A stretch of DNA of 64,000 bases from a virus (taxonomy: Duplodnaviria > Caudoviricetes): IMG/VR virus record IMGVR_UViG_3300028591_000128, positions 42,311 to 106,310 of that record, one strand, 5' to 3'. This document shows, piece by piece, positions 20,156-31,701 of this stretch (the first letter of the stretch is position 1; each line of letters starts with the position of its first letter). The translations under genes and the position numbers were made by a program. The notes under the pieces were generated by a model that was not told where the DNA came from, ran no database searches, and saw only the letters and a list, made by a program, of their open reading frames with translations.

Positions 20156-20866
20156 TTATTCAACAGTTATAGTCTTTTCTGATTTTGTAAGTGTTGTATC
20201 TACACTACCGGATGGTGTTCCTGTTACACTTACATTTCCACTTGTACCTGTAAATGTAGGTTGTGTTGATACACCATCTGCAACAGTTACAGCCTCATAA
20301 GTCGGAAGTGTTCCGGCATGGAATACTAACACATCATCTACAAGTTCAGCGGTAGGAAGTGTCCCGGCATTAGTCATACTATTTATGGAATCTGTAGATA
20401 ATACTACATCACTTATAGTTCCATCTGGTGTAAATGTACCTGTGGAAGTTAGGGCATCTCCTGTAAATGTACTGGATGCATCTGTGACATAATCATCAAC
20501 TGTGCCAGATGCACTATCCTTAAATGCAAGAAGTCCTAAACCGGATACATCGCCAAGTGCTTGCCATACTTCCCCATCATAGATAAACTCATCATGATTG
20601 TAAGATGCCATATCTCCACGAACTGCGGTTACAGATTTACCATCAACTTGAATAGGATTAGTAGTTGCACCATCAGAAAGTGGAGTAGTTGTTACACCAA
20701 TCCACTTTACGGCTTTCTCTCCACCACCGCCACCACCTTGTTCAAGGAGTTCCATCAATAATTCCTCAACCCGTGTTTGAGGTGGTTGTAATTCATTACT
20801 TGCACCAAGCATATTTTCAAGTATTGCTTCAACTCGATTCTGTGGATTACCTAAATCTCTTGTCAT
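20156..20866 (-). CDS. tail-fibre-associated protein
   Basis: LGLLAFKDSASG and PTFTG Thr/Gly-rich fibre-like segments; location in the fibre cluster. Confidence 0.55.
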   Translation of the reverse strand: MTRDLGNPQNRVEAILENMLGASNELQPPQTRVEELLMELLEQGGGGGGEKAVKWIGVTTTPLSDGATTNPIQVDGKSVTAVRGDMASYNHDEFIYDGEVWQALGDVSGLGLLAFKDSASGTVDDYVTDASSTFTGDALTSTGTFTPDGTISDVVLSTDSINSMTNAGTLPTAELVDDVLVFHAGTLPTYEAVTVADGVSTQPTFTGTSGNVSVTGTPSGSVDTTLTKSEKTITVE

Positions 20867-20980
20867 AATTTGTTACCTCACGAATCATTCTATTATATAA
20901 CTATAAAAGGTTTGATAGTACAAAGAAAGGGCGAATCTTAGGTTAGTAAGATCCACCCATGTGCTAGTTTACTTAGGAAA

Positions 20981-23515
20981 CTATTCAGTATCAGAATCCG
21001 AATCAGAATCCGTATCGGAATCAGGTTCATACTCATTGAAGAATACACCGTAATCAATTCGCATGAACTGTCCGGATGTTTTTGTAAATGGTTGTGAAGG
21101 TGTCCAAACAGTTGCAAGATAATTTTGCATACGCATTACAGTTATAGTACAATCTACGGTAGTTGAATTTGATACTACAATATAGGAAATCATCGGCTTA
21201 TCATTAGATTTACATACTGTAGAAGTTGTTGCAGGTCCATATGTCATATTTACAGGGGAAATAGTGTTAGAATCAAAGTTGAATACACTTGTATTGTTAC
21301 CATAACCATTACACAGTAACATTCTTCCAGAACCCAAGGATCTACTTGTCAGTTCCCAACCAAATGTGTTTGTGCATTCTTGGAAATTTCCCCAAGTACC
21401 ATTTGTACGTTTCATTGAATAGATTATGTCAGTTTCACGAAGTTCCGAGTAAACATATCCATAGTACCCATTTATCCAAGCAACTGTGTCCTTATCAATC
21501 CAAATAGCTTCACGCATAGTATACATCGTACGAGTTCCAGAATATAAATTAGGTATGATAGATTCTGTGCATGTACCGGCTACGGGATCAATTTCCCACA
21601 TCTTCTGATCATAACCATTACCCCACTCTGTACCACCTTGATTAGCACTTAAGCATATTAAAGTTGTACCATTATCTTGAATGAGTCTGTTACTTACCGT
21701 TATTCCTTGCGTATAACCACTATATGTAAGATTTGTCTTCAGATCCGCAGGCATAGTCAGTTCCACAGGTTCTTGCATTTCTTGACATGTAGATGTAGTC
21801 CCCTTAAGATTCAATTCTGTCAATGGCAACCTGTATTTATGGATAATTATTTTATCATTAGTAGTATCAAACACAACGCCATATACGGATGAATCAGATA
21901 TACTGAGCCTACACGGAACACCTATAATAGTGTAAGGAGTTGAACTACCATATGCATTAGTTAATTCAGCAGATGAAGGTTTACGAACATTACTTATGGC
22001 GTTTCCCATACCTGCCCAACCCCAGTTACGGGATGTTAAAGATATTGCCGCAATAGTCCCATTTCCTTGACTTAATCCCCACTCCCAAACGAAATGGTAA
22101 GAACCGTCATCTTTCCAACCGCTTCCATCTGTACCTTCAGCAACCCAATTACCCATTTCTGATGGATCACCAGTTGTGCTACCATTTGATACATCATAAG
22201 CAGCATTAGCAACCATCGATGTACTAGATGGTGGAAGTACAGTAGATGCGGATGGAGTTACAGTAGAATCAAATGCAAGCATGCCACCTAATAGTTGTTT
22301 AACTAGATTATTTCGATCAGTGTTATCACTATTCATAAATCCGCAGTTTGTAAAGAACTCTGCAAGACCATTGGTTTGCATATTATCTGATTCAATTACC
22401 GTCTCCTGTTGCGTAGCATCATCTGTTAATGTTACTTTTACATGACCTGTAAAACTTAAAGGAGATGGACTTGTAGATAATTGTGTATTTGCAATATGCT
22501 CAAGTGCTTGAACAATAGTTCCACCAGAACCACTTGGAAATTCCATCCATTGTCCGAGGATCTTCCCATATACAACAGATATACCATTTGAACCGTATTG
22601 CAGATAGATATCACCATCATTACCAAGTGACACTGTAGGTTCAGTAGTACCTTGATAAGTATGTGCTCCACCTGAACTGTCTTTAATCGCTTTAAGTTGT
22701 GATGCAATATCTGTTTTCACCCAACTATTAGCATCCCAAGCCCCTGTAGTGTTATCATATCTGCATACGTAATATTCGTTCTGATAAACTACATATTCAC
22801 CAGCAGAATACGTCCTACTTGGAACATAATCTTGTCCTACAATAGACTTTCTTGTATTTAATTCTGTGATAATTCCTTCGGCAGTAACAAGTCTTGCATT
22901 TATTGCGGTCACATTGGATGACAATGTACTAAGGTCAGATGCTACCGAAGATATAGCAGTTCTCAGATCCTGAATCAACGAAGAAATGGACTTGACTTCA
23001 AATGCATATGACACACTAGACCATGTACCAGATATGTTATTTAAAGTACATCTATACAGTATGTTGTCATGTATAACTAAATCACCTTCATTGTAAGTAT
23101 GATTTTCAATGAAGTTTTCCCCAATGTCTTCAATTAATATTTCTACAATATTATTTAATCCGGATATCTGAGTTGTATGTGTATCTACAACAACACTTAT
23201 ATCGTGTGTTTTAGTATCAATGTACCATACAACTGGAATTTCATCCCAATCATGGGAATCAAATGTTCCTGATGTTGGAGATGTAGCAATGTAGAAATTG
23301 TCACTGAATGTACATGTATCTCCGGTATCATATGAAGAATTAGGATCATATGGTGGAGCAATAACTGATTGTGATATTCCAGAGGATGGTCCGCCTCCAC
23401 CACCAATATCAGATACTTTTATTCGTCTAGTGCCACTATTAGCATTATCTATCAACAAGTAATCGTTATCTTGATATGTAGTTGTTGATGGATATTGGTT
23501 AATTCTAGTACCCAT
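20981..23515 (-). CDS. tail fibre protein with carbohydrate-binding-like repeats
   Basis: three YxxGDxVx(Y/H)xxxxY repeats, a coiled coil and an LGNDGDIYLQ collar motif. Confidence 0.6.
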   Translation of the reverse strand: MGTRINQYPSTTTYQDNDYLLIDNANSGTRRIKVSDIGGGGGPSSGISQSVIAPPYDPNSSYDTGDTCTFSDNFYIATSPTSGTFDSHDWDEIPVVWYIDTKTHDISVVVDTHTTQISGLNNIVEILIEDIGENFIENHTYNEGDLVIHDNILYRCTLNNISGTWSSVSYAFEVKSISSLIQDLRTAISSVASDLSTLSSNVTAINARLVTAEGIITELNTRKSIVGQDYVPSRTYSAGEYVVYQNEYYVCRYDNTTGAWDANSWVKTDIASQLKAIKDSSGGAHTYQGTTEPTVSLGNDGDIYLQYGSNGISVVYGKILGQWMEFPSGSGGTIVQALEHIANTQLSTSPSPLSFTGHVKVTLTDDATQQETVIESDNMQTNGLAEFFTNCGFMNSDNTDRNNLVKQLLGGMLAFDSTVTPSASTVLPPSSTSMVANAAYDVSNGSTTGDPSEMGNWVAEGTDGSGWKDDGSYHFVWEWGLSQGNGTIAAISLTSRNWGWAGMGNAISNVRKPSSAELTNAYGSSTPYTIIGVPCRLSISDSSVYGVVFDTTNDKIIIHKYRLPLTELNLKGTTSTCQEMQEPVELTMPADLKTNLTYSGYTQGITVSNRLIQDNGTTLICLSANQGGTEWGNGYDQKMWEIDPVAGTCTESIIPNLYSGTRTMYTMREAIWIDKDTVAWINGYYGYVYSELRETDIIYSMKRTNGTWGNFQECTNTFGWELTSRSLGSGRMLLCNGYGNNTSVFNFDSNTISPVNMTYGPATTSTVCKSNDKPMISYIVVSNSTTVDCTITVMRMQNYLATVWTPSQPFTKTSGQFMRIDYGVFFNEYEPDSDTDSDSDSDTE

Positions 23516-23529
23516 TTGCGTCCTCCATT

Positions 23530-24945
23530 CTATTTGTCATCTGTACGAATGTATGAATTATCCGCATCAAGTATTACATCATTGTTCCTATCTAAGATGG
23601 CATCTTCAGGTTCATGTATGCTTGGTACTTCATCATTCATATGTAAATCACCTACTGCAAATTCACCATTTCTCATAACAGGTCGGATCTGACTATCGTT
23701 GATATTTTCATCAGATAATTGATAAAATCCATCATGATTATATGCAGTAGCAAATCTATTATTTGCAGTATCATCTAAGGATAAAGCATCCCCTACTACA
23801 CGCATTATAGGATTAATAGCAGGTCTTGGAGATATTACTTTATAAGAACGATCATCATCAATAGTGTAAACATCATCTCCAAGTTGTTTTTCTCTTGCTT
23901 TATCATATCGCAAATTCCAAGGTGCATATCTTCCACCTGGGTCATTTTCAGTAGCTACATCGGGAAGTACATAATCATCAGGGAATGATACTGTAACATC
24001 TTGTGGGCTCCAACCAAGTCCAAAGAATGGTTCACCATCGCCATCTGGAATGAGTGATTTCATAATATGTTCATTGTTGCATAATTGTAAAGAGTACAAT
24101 GCACGATATCCTGGATTGAATCTGCGTGTTTTAGCTTGTACTTCAGGAGTATCAGCATAACCTTCGTAATCTGCATTTCTATACCATGCGTTTCTTCGAC
24201 TATCAGATAAATCAGTAGGTTTCACCATAGATTTAGGATGAGCTGGATTCAAATCGGATTCTTGTAATCTCTGCATCCTCGCATAATCTGTTCTACTATA
24301 ATGTCCAACATGTGTAGGTCCAATATCCATTTGAACATCTTCAATGTTAGTTAATCTTGCATCAATGGATAACTTGGTTCTAGCATCCATTCTGACACCG
24401 GCATTCTGGAAACAATACATACCTAAAGGTCTTACGTATTCAATACAAGCATCTGTGGGAACTCTATCAGAGAAATATACTACATCAATATATCCTTCGG
24501 AGGTATGTGGAGTTACTACTACTGAATTCACAGGTATAGATGTGTCTTCTAATCTGTCATACAATATATCTTTAGGTGGTACAACTTCACCTTCACGATT
24601 CACATAACCCGTTCCTGCAATCAAATCTATATCAAATTGTTTTAGATTTGCTTCTGCTGCAAGTGTAACACCATCTTTACTACCACGATTACGAATCATT
24701 GACATGAAATACACAAGTACAAATCGGTTGAAGGATGTAGGTAATCTATCATCATATTTGTAACCCATTGTATCAGCAAGCATCCAAAGCAGATGTGCAG
24801 GGCATTTCAATGGATCATATAAGTCGTAGAAATGTTCGGTGTCATAATGAATTTTAGTTAGAGCATTTTCAAACCAATCCAGAAAGAATCGGAAATCTTG
24901 ACTATCTGTATACACATCTGGAACGGATACATCACGGATATTCAT
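23530..24945 (-). CDS. baseplate wedge protein (P2 gpI-like N-terminus)
   Basis: DPLKCPAHLLWMLADTMG...RNRGSKDGV motif. Confidence 0.65.
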   Translation of the reverse strand: MNIRDVSVPDVYTDSQDFRFFLDWFENALTKIHYDTEHFYDLYDPLKCPAHLLWMLADTMGYKYDDRLPTSFNRFVLVYFMSMIRNRGSKDGVTLAAEANLKQFDIDLIAGTGYVNREGEVVPPKDILYDRLEDTSIPVNSVVVTPHTSEGYIDVVYFSDRVPTDACIEYVRPLGMYCFQNAGVRMDARTKLSIDARLTNIEDVQMDIGPTHVGHYSRTDYARMQRLQESDLNPAHPKSMVKPTDLSDSRRNAWYRNADYEGYADTPEVQAKTRRFNPGYRALYSLQLCNNEHIMKSLIPDGDGEPFFGLGWSPQDVTVSFPDDYVLPDVATENDPGGRYAPWNLRYDKAREKQLGDDVYTIDDDRSYKVISPRPAINPIMRVVGDALSLDDTANNRFATAYNHDGFYQLSDENINDSQIRPVMRNGEFAVGDLHMNDEVPSIHEPEDAILDRNNDVILDADNSYIRTDDK

Positions 24946-24955
24946 TAAGTATCAC

Positions 24956-27025
24956 CTACTTTCTTGTACTAACAATACATTCAGGTGCTACAGTTAGATT
25001 AGTTGCGGTAGATCCCGGGTCAGTAAATCTACAGAAACTAATAATATTTATATAAGCTGGATCACAATTGTTCCACACAATGACCGGATTAGTTACAGAA
25101 CCTGCATCAAAGTAATCAATACGAGTATCTGAATTCTGTACTACTTTCACTATCTCCATTGTAGTAGGCTTCTGCCCCATATGTCGATTAGCTGGAGAGA
25201 AGTATAATGCAAGATTTTCTTTTACTTGTGCGATTATTGTTCGTGCAACATCATTGGAAACAGGTTTCTTAGTATATATTTGTCCTGCAACATAGAATGG
25301 AAATACTCGTACATCTCCGAATTCTAATTCAACTGACATAGCTTGAAGTGGACGAAAATCTCTCTTTACTGCATCAATAAACTGCTGAGGTGGTTTATAT
25401 TTAATAAACACTTGTCTATTCGCATACTTAGCAGAAGATGTTTGACTTCTTCCCCAATTCGTAGTCATTGCAAAGTCATTGTGTATTGCGTAACACATCG
25501 CTGTGTATGTCTTGAAGTTAGTTATAAATTCTATGGATGGTTCGGTATATTTACCTACAGGAATCTTCAATAGATATCCAGGATACAACTCACTAGATTC
25601 CGTAAGATTATTGTATGCAAGTAAATCCGCTAATGTAACTCCATATAATTTTGCTACTGTTTCAAGCGTCTCTTCTGATGAAAGCCGATGTGTAGTTTTT
25701 GTAACTAGTAGTTCTGTATCTACTTTTGATAACCAATCTAAATCAGATTCACCTTGTGGAAAATCATAATTTGTTATGTACATCTTTCGTTTTTCTGAAT
25801 TACTCAGATTAGTGTCTTGATATATTGCAAGATTAGTTTCTAATGCTTTCTGGCAGTCAAGAACAATTCCACAATCTACTCCGGCTTCTCTATTCAAGAA
25901 TCTATTGAAGTCAGGAAGTGTAATAAGACTATCCCAAGTATTGATGTAGTTTCTACTGTTATAATATGCTTCCTTTGCTGTTTCAGGACTTCTACCAGTT
26001 ACTGTATAAGTGTTTGGTAACTCAACCGTATTAGAAAGATTGGATATAGACCAAGCATTAGACAGTTCATCAGGAAGTGTAGAACTCGGCTTCGCTTGCA
26101 GATAATTGGATAGTACATCTTTACCTACACATCCAATAACTCCTGAGCAATCTAACCAATATACTACCAGATACGAACTAGAATCATATGCTTCCATCTG
26201 ATCCAAATAGTTACTTATCTGAATCTGTGCATTGGAATATGAGTCATAGGTAACAGCAAATCTTGGTTCTGGTGTAATGAATTCAGATGGACTAGCACAC
26301 TGAATCCACTGTGTTGCTAAAAACTCATCTGCATCTTTAGATGCTTTCGCCTTTATCCAAATTGCTGTAGTATCAATATGTTGAGATGGAATATTGATGA
26401 TATAATTATTCTTTCTGATAGAATCTACTGAAATTGAATAGTAGCGGAATTCTCCTTCCACAGCCACACGAGTTACACTTTCTCCAGGTTTCAGTATAAC
26501 TTCATCTGTATCTACAAATACATTTATGTTTGGTGATACGACAGAACGGGTACTTCTTGAATATGAAGCACCATATGTATTAGTAAGCGGTAGAATATTA
26601 TAAGTGATAACTCTTGATTGATTGGTTATATCAGTGTATGCATTCAATGTGGCGAAATTTGCCCCATTGAATCCGAAATCAAATGTGATGTTTTCATCAA
26701 TGTTATTTGTAAAAGTTACTTCCGTTCTTGCTGCAGTATACCAACCAAGTTCATACCCGATTAAAGAAAATAATCGTTCTGCATCTTTTCTTTGTCTGAC
26801 AGATGGTGCAAATATCTCAGTTGCAAGTGCATCAAGATTAACACCAAGCATATCAGCAACGGATGCAAGAAACTTTCCAAGAACTACACCGGGATCAGCA
26901 TCGGCTTCGGGTTTCCATAATTCTGTCATCTTCGGAACAAGATTCCAAAAATCATCCATTATGGAAGTATAGTCTCGGCTAGTGTATTTAACTAATCCCT
27001 TTTCTACGAAATCTTCTGTTGCCAT
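24956..27025 (-). CDS. baseplate wedge protein (gp6/gpJ-like) with LysM insertion
   Basis: YTSRDYTSI, DPGVVLGKFLA; ETLETVAKLYGVTLADLLAYNNL (LysM). Confidence 0.75.
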   Translation of the reverse strand: MATEDFVEKGLVKYTSRDYTSIMDDFWNLVPKMTELWKPEADADPGVVLGKFLASVADMLGVNLDALATEIFAPSVRQRKDAERLFSLIGYELGWYTAARTEVTFTNNIDENITFDFGFNGANFATLNAYTDITNQSRVITYNILPLTNTYGASYSRSTRSVVSPNINVFVDTDEVILKPGESVTRVAVEGEFRYYSISVDSIRKNNYIINIPSQHIDTTAIWIKAKASKDADEFLATQWIQCASPSEFITPEPRFAVTYDSYSNAQIQISNYLDQMEAYDSSSYLVVYWLDCSGVIGCVGKDVLSNYLQAKPSSTLPDELSNAWSISNLSNTVELPNTYTVTGRSPETAKEAYYNSRNYINTWDSLITLPDFNRFLNREAGVDCGIVLDCQKALETNLAIYQDTNLSNSEKRKMYITNYDFPQGESDLDWLSKVDTELLVTKTTHRLSSEETLETVAKLYGVTLADLLAYNNLTESSELYPGYLLKIPVGKYTEPSIEFITNFKTYTAMCYAIHNDFAMTTNWGRSQTSSAKYANRQVFIKYKPPQQFIDAVKRDFRPLQAMSVELEFGDVRVFPFYVAGQIYTKKPVSNDVARTIIAQVKENLALYFSPANRHMGQKPTTMEIVKVVQNSDTRIDYFDAGSVTNPVIVWNNCDPAYINIISFCRFTDPGSTATNLTVAPECIVSTRK

Positions 27026-27468
27026 CAGCCACTACTCCTTCCGAATAATCTATCTTGTTCCTCTGACATATCAATAGTTACATTTAGCACATCCTTGTAA
27101 ATTGATTGCATTGCTACTGTCATCTTCAATGAATTTAGATCTGCTACAGCATTTGATTCTGCATCAGAACCTGTAAATAACAGTCCATCTGCGAACTGTG
27201 TTTTATCTGCTTCTACACAAGGTTCATGTTCATCAAGTTGTGCTTTGATTCTATCTTGGATTATAGCTTTAGTATTTGCTGTATTGTACTGCCACAGGTA
27301 TTGTTTTAATCCCACACCAAATGTTGGATTATTATACAATTCCGTAGGTTCTGTCAAGATAAGTAGTCTTGACCGATTTACAATAGAATCTCTCCCGGTT
27401 TTTACAGAAACACAATTTCTTGATACATCAAACATTGTAGGGAATGAAATACTTGTTGTGTTATTCAT
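27025..27468 (-). CDS. baseplate wedge protein (gp25-like)
   Basis: LLILTEPTELYNNPTFGVGLKQYLW...HEP motif. Confidence 0.8.
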   Translation of the reverse strand: MNNTTSISFPTMFDVSRNCVSVKTGRDSIVNRSRLLILTEPTELYNNPTFGVGLKQYLWQYNTANTKAIIQDRIKAQLDEHEPCVEADKTQFADGLLFTGSDAESNAVADLNSLKMTVAMQSIYKDVLNVTIDMSEEQDRLFGRSSG

Positions 27469-27770
27469 CGATTATTACCTCCGTCGGTTACGTTGGAATA
27501 ATATGCTCCGCCTGTAAGTCCTAAAACAAAGAATTTTGAACTACTTTCATTGGTAGATGCCAATGCTACTACCTCACCATCATTAGGAAGATGTGGTAAT
27601 AACACGGATGGATAGTATGGTAAATCTGCATCTAAAACATATCCACGGACTTGTTGACCATTGTATTCCCTTTGGTCCATAGGTCCGTGAATAGAAGGTA
27701 TCCTCACTTTGATAAGTAATGTACCATCACCTGCATACTTATAGCCTTTTACATATCCATTTATAATCAT
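27465..27770 (-). CDS. baseplate spike-associated protein (gp5 N-terminal OB-like)
   Basis: IKVRIPSIHG...LPNDGEVVAL...FFVLG motif. Confidence 0.55.
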   Translation of the reverse strand: MIINGYVKGYKYAGDGTLLIKVRIPSIHGPMDQREYNGQQVRGYVLDADLPYYPSVLLPHLPNDGEVVALASTNESSSKFFVLGLTGGAYYSNVTDGGNNR

Positions 27771-29581
27771 GTTTTACTTCCTAACTTTGGAAAATATTGT
27801 GCAGGGTCTACCGTTGAGGTGCTTCTATAGTTAGAACCAGAACCTGTACCTTGTAGCAATGCACCGACATGTACCTCTAGATGTAAGTGTGCTGCCATCC
27901 CAGGAAGTCCTGTGTTTCCTACTTTTCCAATTTCTTGACCCGCTAGAACTGTTGCACCCATAGAAAGTGGAGTTCTACTCTGCATATGCTGATATAAAGT
28001 GTAGAATTTATTTCCGTGGTCTATAACAACATAATGACCTCTTGCACCTGAACGGTCTATTTTACATACTTTTCCATTTCCACAACTTACAATAGATGCT
28101 CCAGATCCACCACCTATATCTACACCATTATGCCAGGTAGTTGCACCAGCTATACCTACATTACCTCTGTAACCATATCCGGATGTGTACTTACCTACAG
28201 TTACAGATGGTACAGGCCATGTTAGGTACCATGAAGGAGTTGTAACAGATTTCTGTACAGTAGGATTATTTGAATAATCTGCATTAGTAGCTGCGGATGT
28301 AGTTACTATCTGTGACCAAAAATTTTCAGCATTTGTTTGTCGTCTCAATGAAGAAGTATCAACATTAGCAGGTCTTTCAAATACTCGGACGAATCTATCA
28401 GCAGCATGTTTTGCACCTTCTAGTGTATTCGGAACTTGCTTCAATTCAGCAACTAAACCTGAATAAGAAGTATCTAATTCGTGAAGAAGGAAATCAAGCT
28501 GACCAGATAAATTGTTCTCCCAACCTGATCCAACATATGCAATCATTGCACGTCCACGTGCATTGTGCCATTGGCATATACCAAATGATGTACCACTATC
28601 TCCTATGCAATTGGTTCTAAAATCGCTTTCTTGTTTTATATTAGCAATGATTCCAATTGCTGCAGCTGTATTGAATCCTTTACCAGTTAAGTATTGAACA
28701 CAAGTTCTTGGTAATGTGTCAAGTCCGTCAATGTTATCAGGAGAACCACTAATACCAGGTATTCCACCACTTTGTAGTCTGTATAAATCATTAAGTAATC
28801 CGGTGTAATTCACCACCGCTAACCGAACACCTGTCATATTTATACAAGGTTTCCCATCCTTATCTAAATATGCTACTTCACGGATTGATGCATCCGCTTT
28901 TGTACTTTCTGTAGTGTACAGTTGCGTAGAGAATGTACCATCAATTTGGTAAGTAGACATACTTGGATCTGCATTTGGACTATAGGTCCCTGTTGTTGGT
29001 GCAGTGTATGCAACTACACCATTTGCTCTTGACCAATCAGGTCTGACATAGAATGATATGTTTTCAGAATTTATACTGTATGAGGATTTCGCTATCTTGT
29101 TTCTGCTTCTATCTCCAGAACCACCACAATTACCTTCAATTGTATACACTTTTCCGTCTCTGCAATCTGTAACCATACCTATGTGGGATGCAGAATACCT
29201 CCCATATGTAGCAGTTCCATTTCGCACACTATTGTAGAAAGATTCGTTTCCTCGTTTCCATACAAATATTATCATGTCACCACGAGATGGAACAACGTTT
29301 GTCCTACCCCATAGTGGACCATCTATTCGTTTACCTCCATAAGTTTCAAAGGCTTTTCCACACATACCTGCATAGAATATTCCTTCTTGACCTTTCTTAG
29401 GAAATACAGTACCGCTTAGATTAGTATATATTCCAGCAGCTACTACAGTTGCAGCACACCAATCAGATGTAACTCCGGTAACTTTTCTCTGCCATTCATA
29501 GCCGGAACCAAGTTGAGATTCCACTGCGGAAATAACAATATTTGCAGGATGTAAAGGATCGGATAAATTAAGTAATGGCAT
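27767..29581 (-). CDS. virion peptidoglycan hydrolase: CHAP + phage tail lysozyme + M23 peptidase
   Basis: DWCAA/SHIG/TIEGN; AIGIIANIKQES...GICQW...FERP; HNGVDI...YQHM...HLHLEV. Confidence 0.85.
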   Translation of the reverse strand: MPLLNLSDPLHPANIVISAVESQLGSGYEWQRKVTGVTSDWCAATVVAAGIYTNLSGTVFPKKGQEGIFYAGMCGKAFETYGGKRIDGPLWGRTNVVPSRGDMIIFVWKRGNESFYNSVRNGTATYGRYSASHIGMVTDCRDGKVYTIEGNCGGSGDRSRNKIAKSSYSINSENISFYVRPDWSRANGVVAYTAPTTGTYSPNADPSMSTYQIDGTFSTQLYTTESTKADASIREVAYLDKDGKPCINMTGVRLAVVNYTGLLNDLYRLQSGGIPGISGSPDNIDGLDTLPRTCVQYLTGKGFNTAAAIGIIANIKQESDFRTNCIGDSGTSFGICQWHNARGRAMIAYVGSGWENNLSGQLDFLLHELDTSYSGLVAELKQVPNTLEGAKHAADRFVRVFERPANVDTSSLRRQTNAENFWSQIVTTSAATNADYSNNPTVQKSVTTPSWYLTWPVPSVTVGKYTSGYGYRGNVGIAGATTWHNGVDIGGGSGASIVSCGNGKVCKIDRSGARGHYVVIDHGNKFYTLYQHMQSRTPLSMGATVLAGQEIGKVGNTGLPGMAAHLHLEVHVGALLQGTGSGSNYRSTSTVDPAQYFPKLGSKT

Positions 29582-29592
29582 AGTGCATCACC

Positions 29593-31701
29593 TCAACTTT
29601 TCCAATAGTCAATTATATTCGTGATTCTATCACACTGATTTAATCTTATCTTAGATTGAATGATTCCCTGTTCTGGACTTGCAGCTTCAATCATTTGATC
29701 TCCACCAATATACAATGCTACGTGGTGTGGATAATGCATTACATCTCCAGGTTGAGCATTTTGGATTGTTACTTGTTTACCGTATGCCGTAGTCAATGTA
29801 GTACGATTAGGGTACAGATTCATACCGAATTTCTTATATACAGCACATATTAGTCCTCCGCAATCTGTAGGTTCTCCAGGTTTCGTACTTGTAGCACCCC
29901 AAACATAAGCTGTCCCTACATATTGTTTTGCATACGCAACCATTTGATTCCTTAAGAATCCATTCGCTCCTGTTGCAGATGGAGTTGCTACTGCTGCAAT
30001 AGATTCAGCAGCATTTGCAAGTAATTGTGATGGGGTTACGCCGGGTGTAGCAACTGTACCATCCGTATCAAACAATGTTGGGTCAAGTAAGTTATCTAAT
30101 GGATCTAAGTCCTTTAGATGTTCTATCAGATAAAGATAAAATTCGTCTTGCCACTTATCCCATGAGATTTGATCTAATTTTTTCCTGTTACAGATAATGC
30201 CCATCTTACCGCTGAATCCTAGATTGGCTAAAGATTGATTGTATTGTGTGAGCAGAGCATCATTAGTCTTTTTCGTAGTACCTAAATTTTCTATGTTTAA
30301 CCATACACCCAACCTTGGTGGATGTCGATAGGTTTGATACTGAAAATATTTAATTTCCTCTTTCGCATCTTCTGTGGTTTTTGCTCTGCATATTGTGTAC
30401 ATGCCATAAGGTATTTCCACCTTATCTAATCCTGCAATCTGTTTTTCTATGTTAGGATTGTCAAACTTAGCAGTACGTCTTCCGTTTGTATCATATCTGT
30501 ATCCAGCTTCGATGATTGCTCCGGTTACTCTTATATCTTTCAATGTTTTGTAATCTACACTTGCGTTTCTATCAAACATTGCAATATAGGGATTGAAATT
30601 AGTTGGATCCAGATTCAAGTTTAGATTCAACCGAACGCCACCGGAAACACGATTAGCTTGTTGAATGATAGTATTGTATATCGTCTTGTTTGTGTTTTCA
30701 TCATAGTTCTTACCACCAGTTACTACGAAAGAATCTTTGATAGCAGTATATGCATCAATGTAACAAATGGCAGGAATAAGATATTTCTGCATCTCTGCAT
30801 TAAATTTTTCAATCTTAGCATTTGTCATGTTACCATGACCAGATCTGCTGATAGGTGTGATAGATGTGAAGTATACACCACAACCTCTTAGTAACCAATT
30901 AGTTGCGTACTTATTGATCTTTTCAGCATAATCTTTTGCTTTTGTATAATTAGGGTCATTCCAACCACCCATGATACATACAGCAGATTTGTTGTTGATT
31001 TCTTGATCAAACAGAAACTTGTCGTATCCAATCCATGAACAAGCAGGATCTTTCTTAGTGAACCAAAAGTTCAGGTCGGTGCCTATTGTATTGTGTAAAG
31101 CAGTTGCTCTTGAATCACCTATGAATATGACTCTTCGCATATTCTCTCGTGTTATAGCAAGCTGTGCATTGGCAATCTGAACAATGTCAGGATGATGTGC
31201 TATGACCCACTGTCCAGGGTCTGATTTCTTAGAAAACCATGTGTGAATAAACATGTTCTGCTCAGCAATTGGACCACCTGCTCCAGCCGCTTGACCATAT
31301 TTCTTATCATTCTTCCATTTTAATTCTTTGATGTTATTACGTATACATATATCTACAAGCAAATCAGTTAAAGCTTGGTTCGCTGCATCACTTATTGGAT
31401 ATGGGGATTTATCCACACTAGCAGACACCATAATAGATATAGAACGATTATCAGCACCCGTGCTGGACAATGCCATAGCTGCATTCTTTTCGTCTACAAA
31501 CACAGCAATGTTTCCGTAACTATCTATGCCATAGTGGCAAGATGATTTGTTCGCTTTATCTGCATATAGCTTTCCCATACTATCCAATGATAACACACCA
31601 CATGGACAGTGAATTGCTATGCAATCAATCTTATGAGCTCTCTTAGTGTAATTCGGAGATATTATAGATTTGGTAACAAGACTACTATATGCCATAATCA
31701 C
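29593..31701 (-). CDS. multi-domain wall hydrolase: amidase_2 + SGNH + GH25-like + NlpC/P60
   Basis: SSCHYGID (amidase); FIGDSR (SGNH); IIEAGY...FDNP...YGMY (GH25-like); YVWGA..DCGG..HVALY (NlpC/P60). Confidence 0.75.
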   Translation of the reverse strand: MIMAYSSLVTKSIISPNYTKRAHKIDCIAIHCPCGVLSLDSMGKLYADKANKSSCHYGIDSYGNIAVFVDEKNAAMALSSTGADNRSISIMVSASVDKSPYPISDAANQALTDLLVDICIRNNIKELKWKNDKKYGQAAGAGGPIAEQNMFIHTWFSKKSDPGQWVIAHHPDIVQIANAQLAITRENMRRVIFIGDSRATALHNTIGTDLNFWFTKKDPACSWIGYDKFLFDQEINNKSAVCIMGGWNDPNYTKAKDYAEKINKYATNWLLRGCGVYFTSITPISRSGHGNMTNAKIEKFNAEMQKYLIPAICYIDAYTAIKDSFVVTGGKNYDENTNKTIYNTIIQQANRVSGGVRLNLNLNLDPTNFNPYIAMFDRNASVDYKTLKDIRVTGAIIEAGYRYDTNGRRTAKFDNPNIEKQIAGLDKVEIPYGMYTICRAKTTEDAKEEIKYFQYQTYRHPPRLGVWLNIENLGTTKKTNDALLTQYNQSLANLGFSGKMGIICNRKKLDQISWDKWQDEFYLYLIEHLKDLDPLDNLLDPTLFDTDGTVATPGVTPSQLLANAAESIAAVATPSATGANGFLRNQMVAYAKQYVGTAYVWGATSTKPGEPTDCGGLICAVYKKFGMNLYPNRTTLTTAYGKQVTIQNAQPGDVMHYPHHVALYIGGDQMIEAASPEQGIIQSKIRLNQCDRITNIIDYWKS

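Noticed and set aside
20984-21025. gaatc(a/c)-type short tandem repeat
   Set aside because: Simply encodes a low-complexity Asp-Ser tail.
5017-23515. Diversity-generating retroelement targeting fibre or repeat proteins
   Set aside because: No reverse transcriptase and no TR/VR pair differing at adenines seen in this window.
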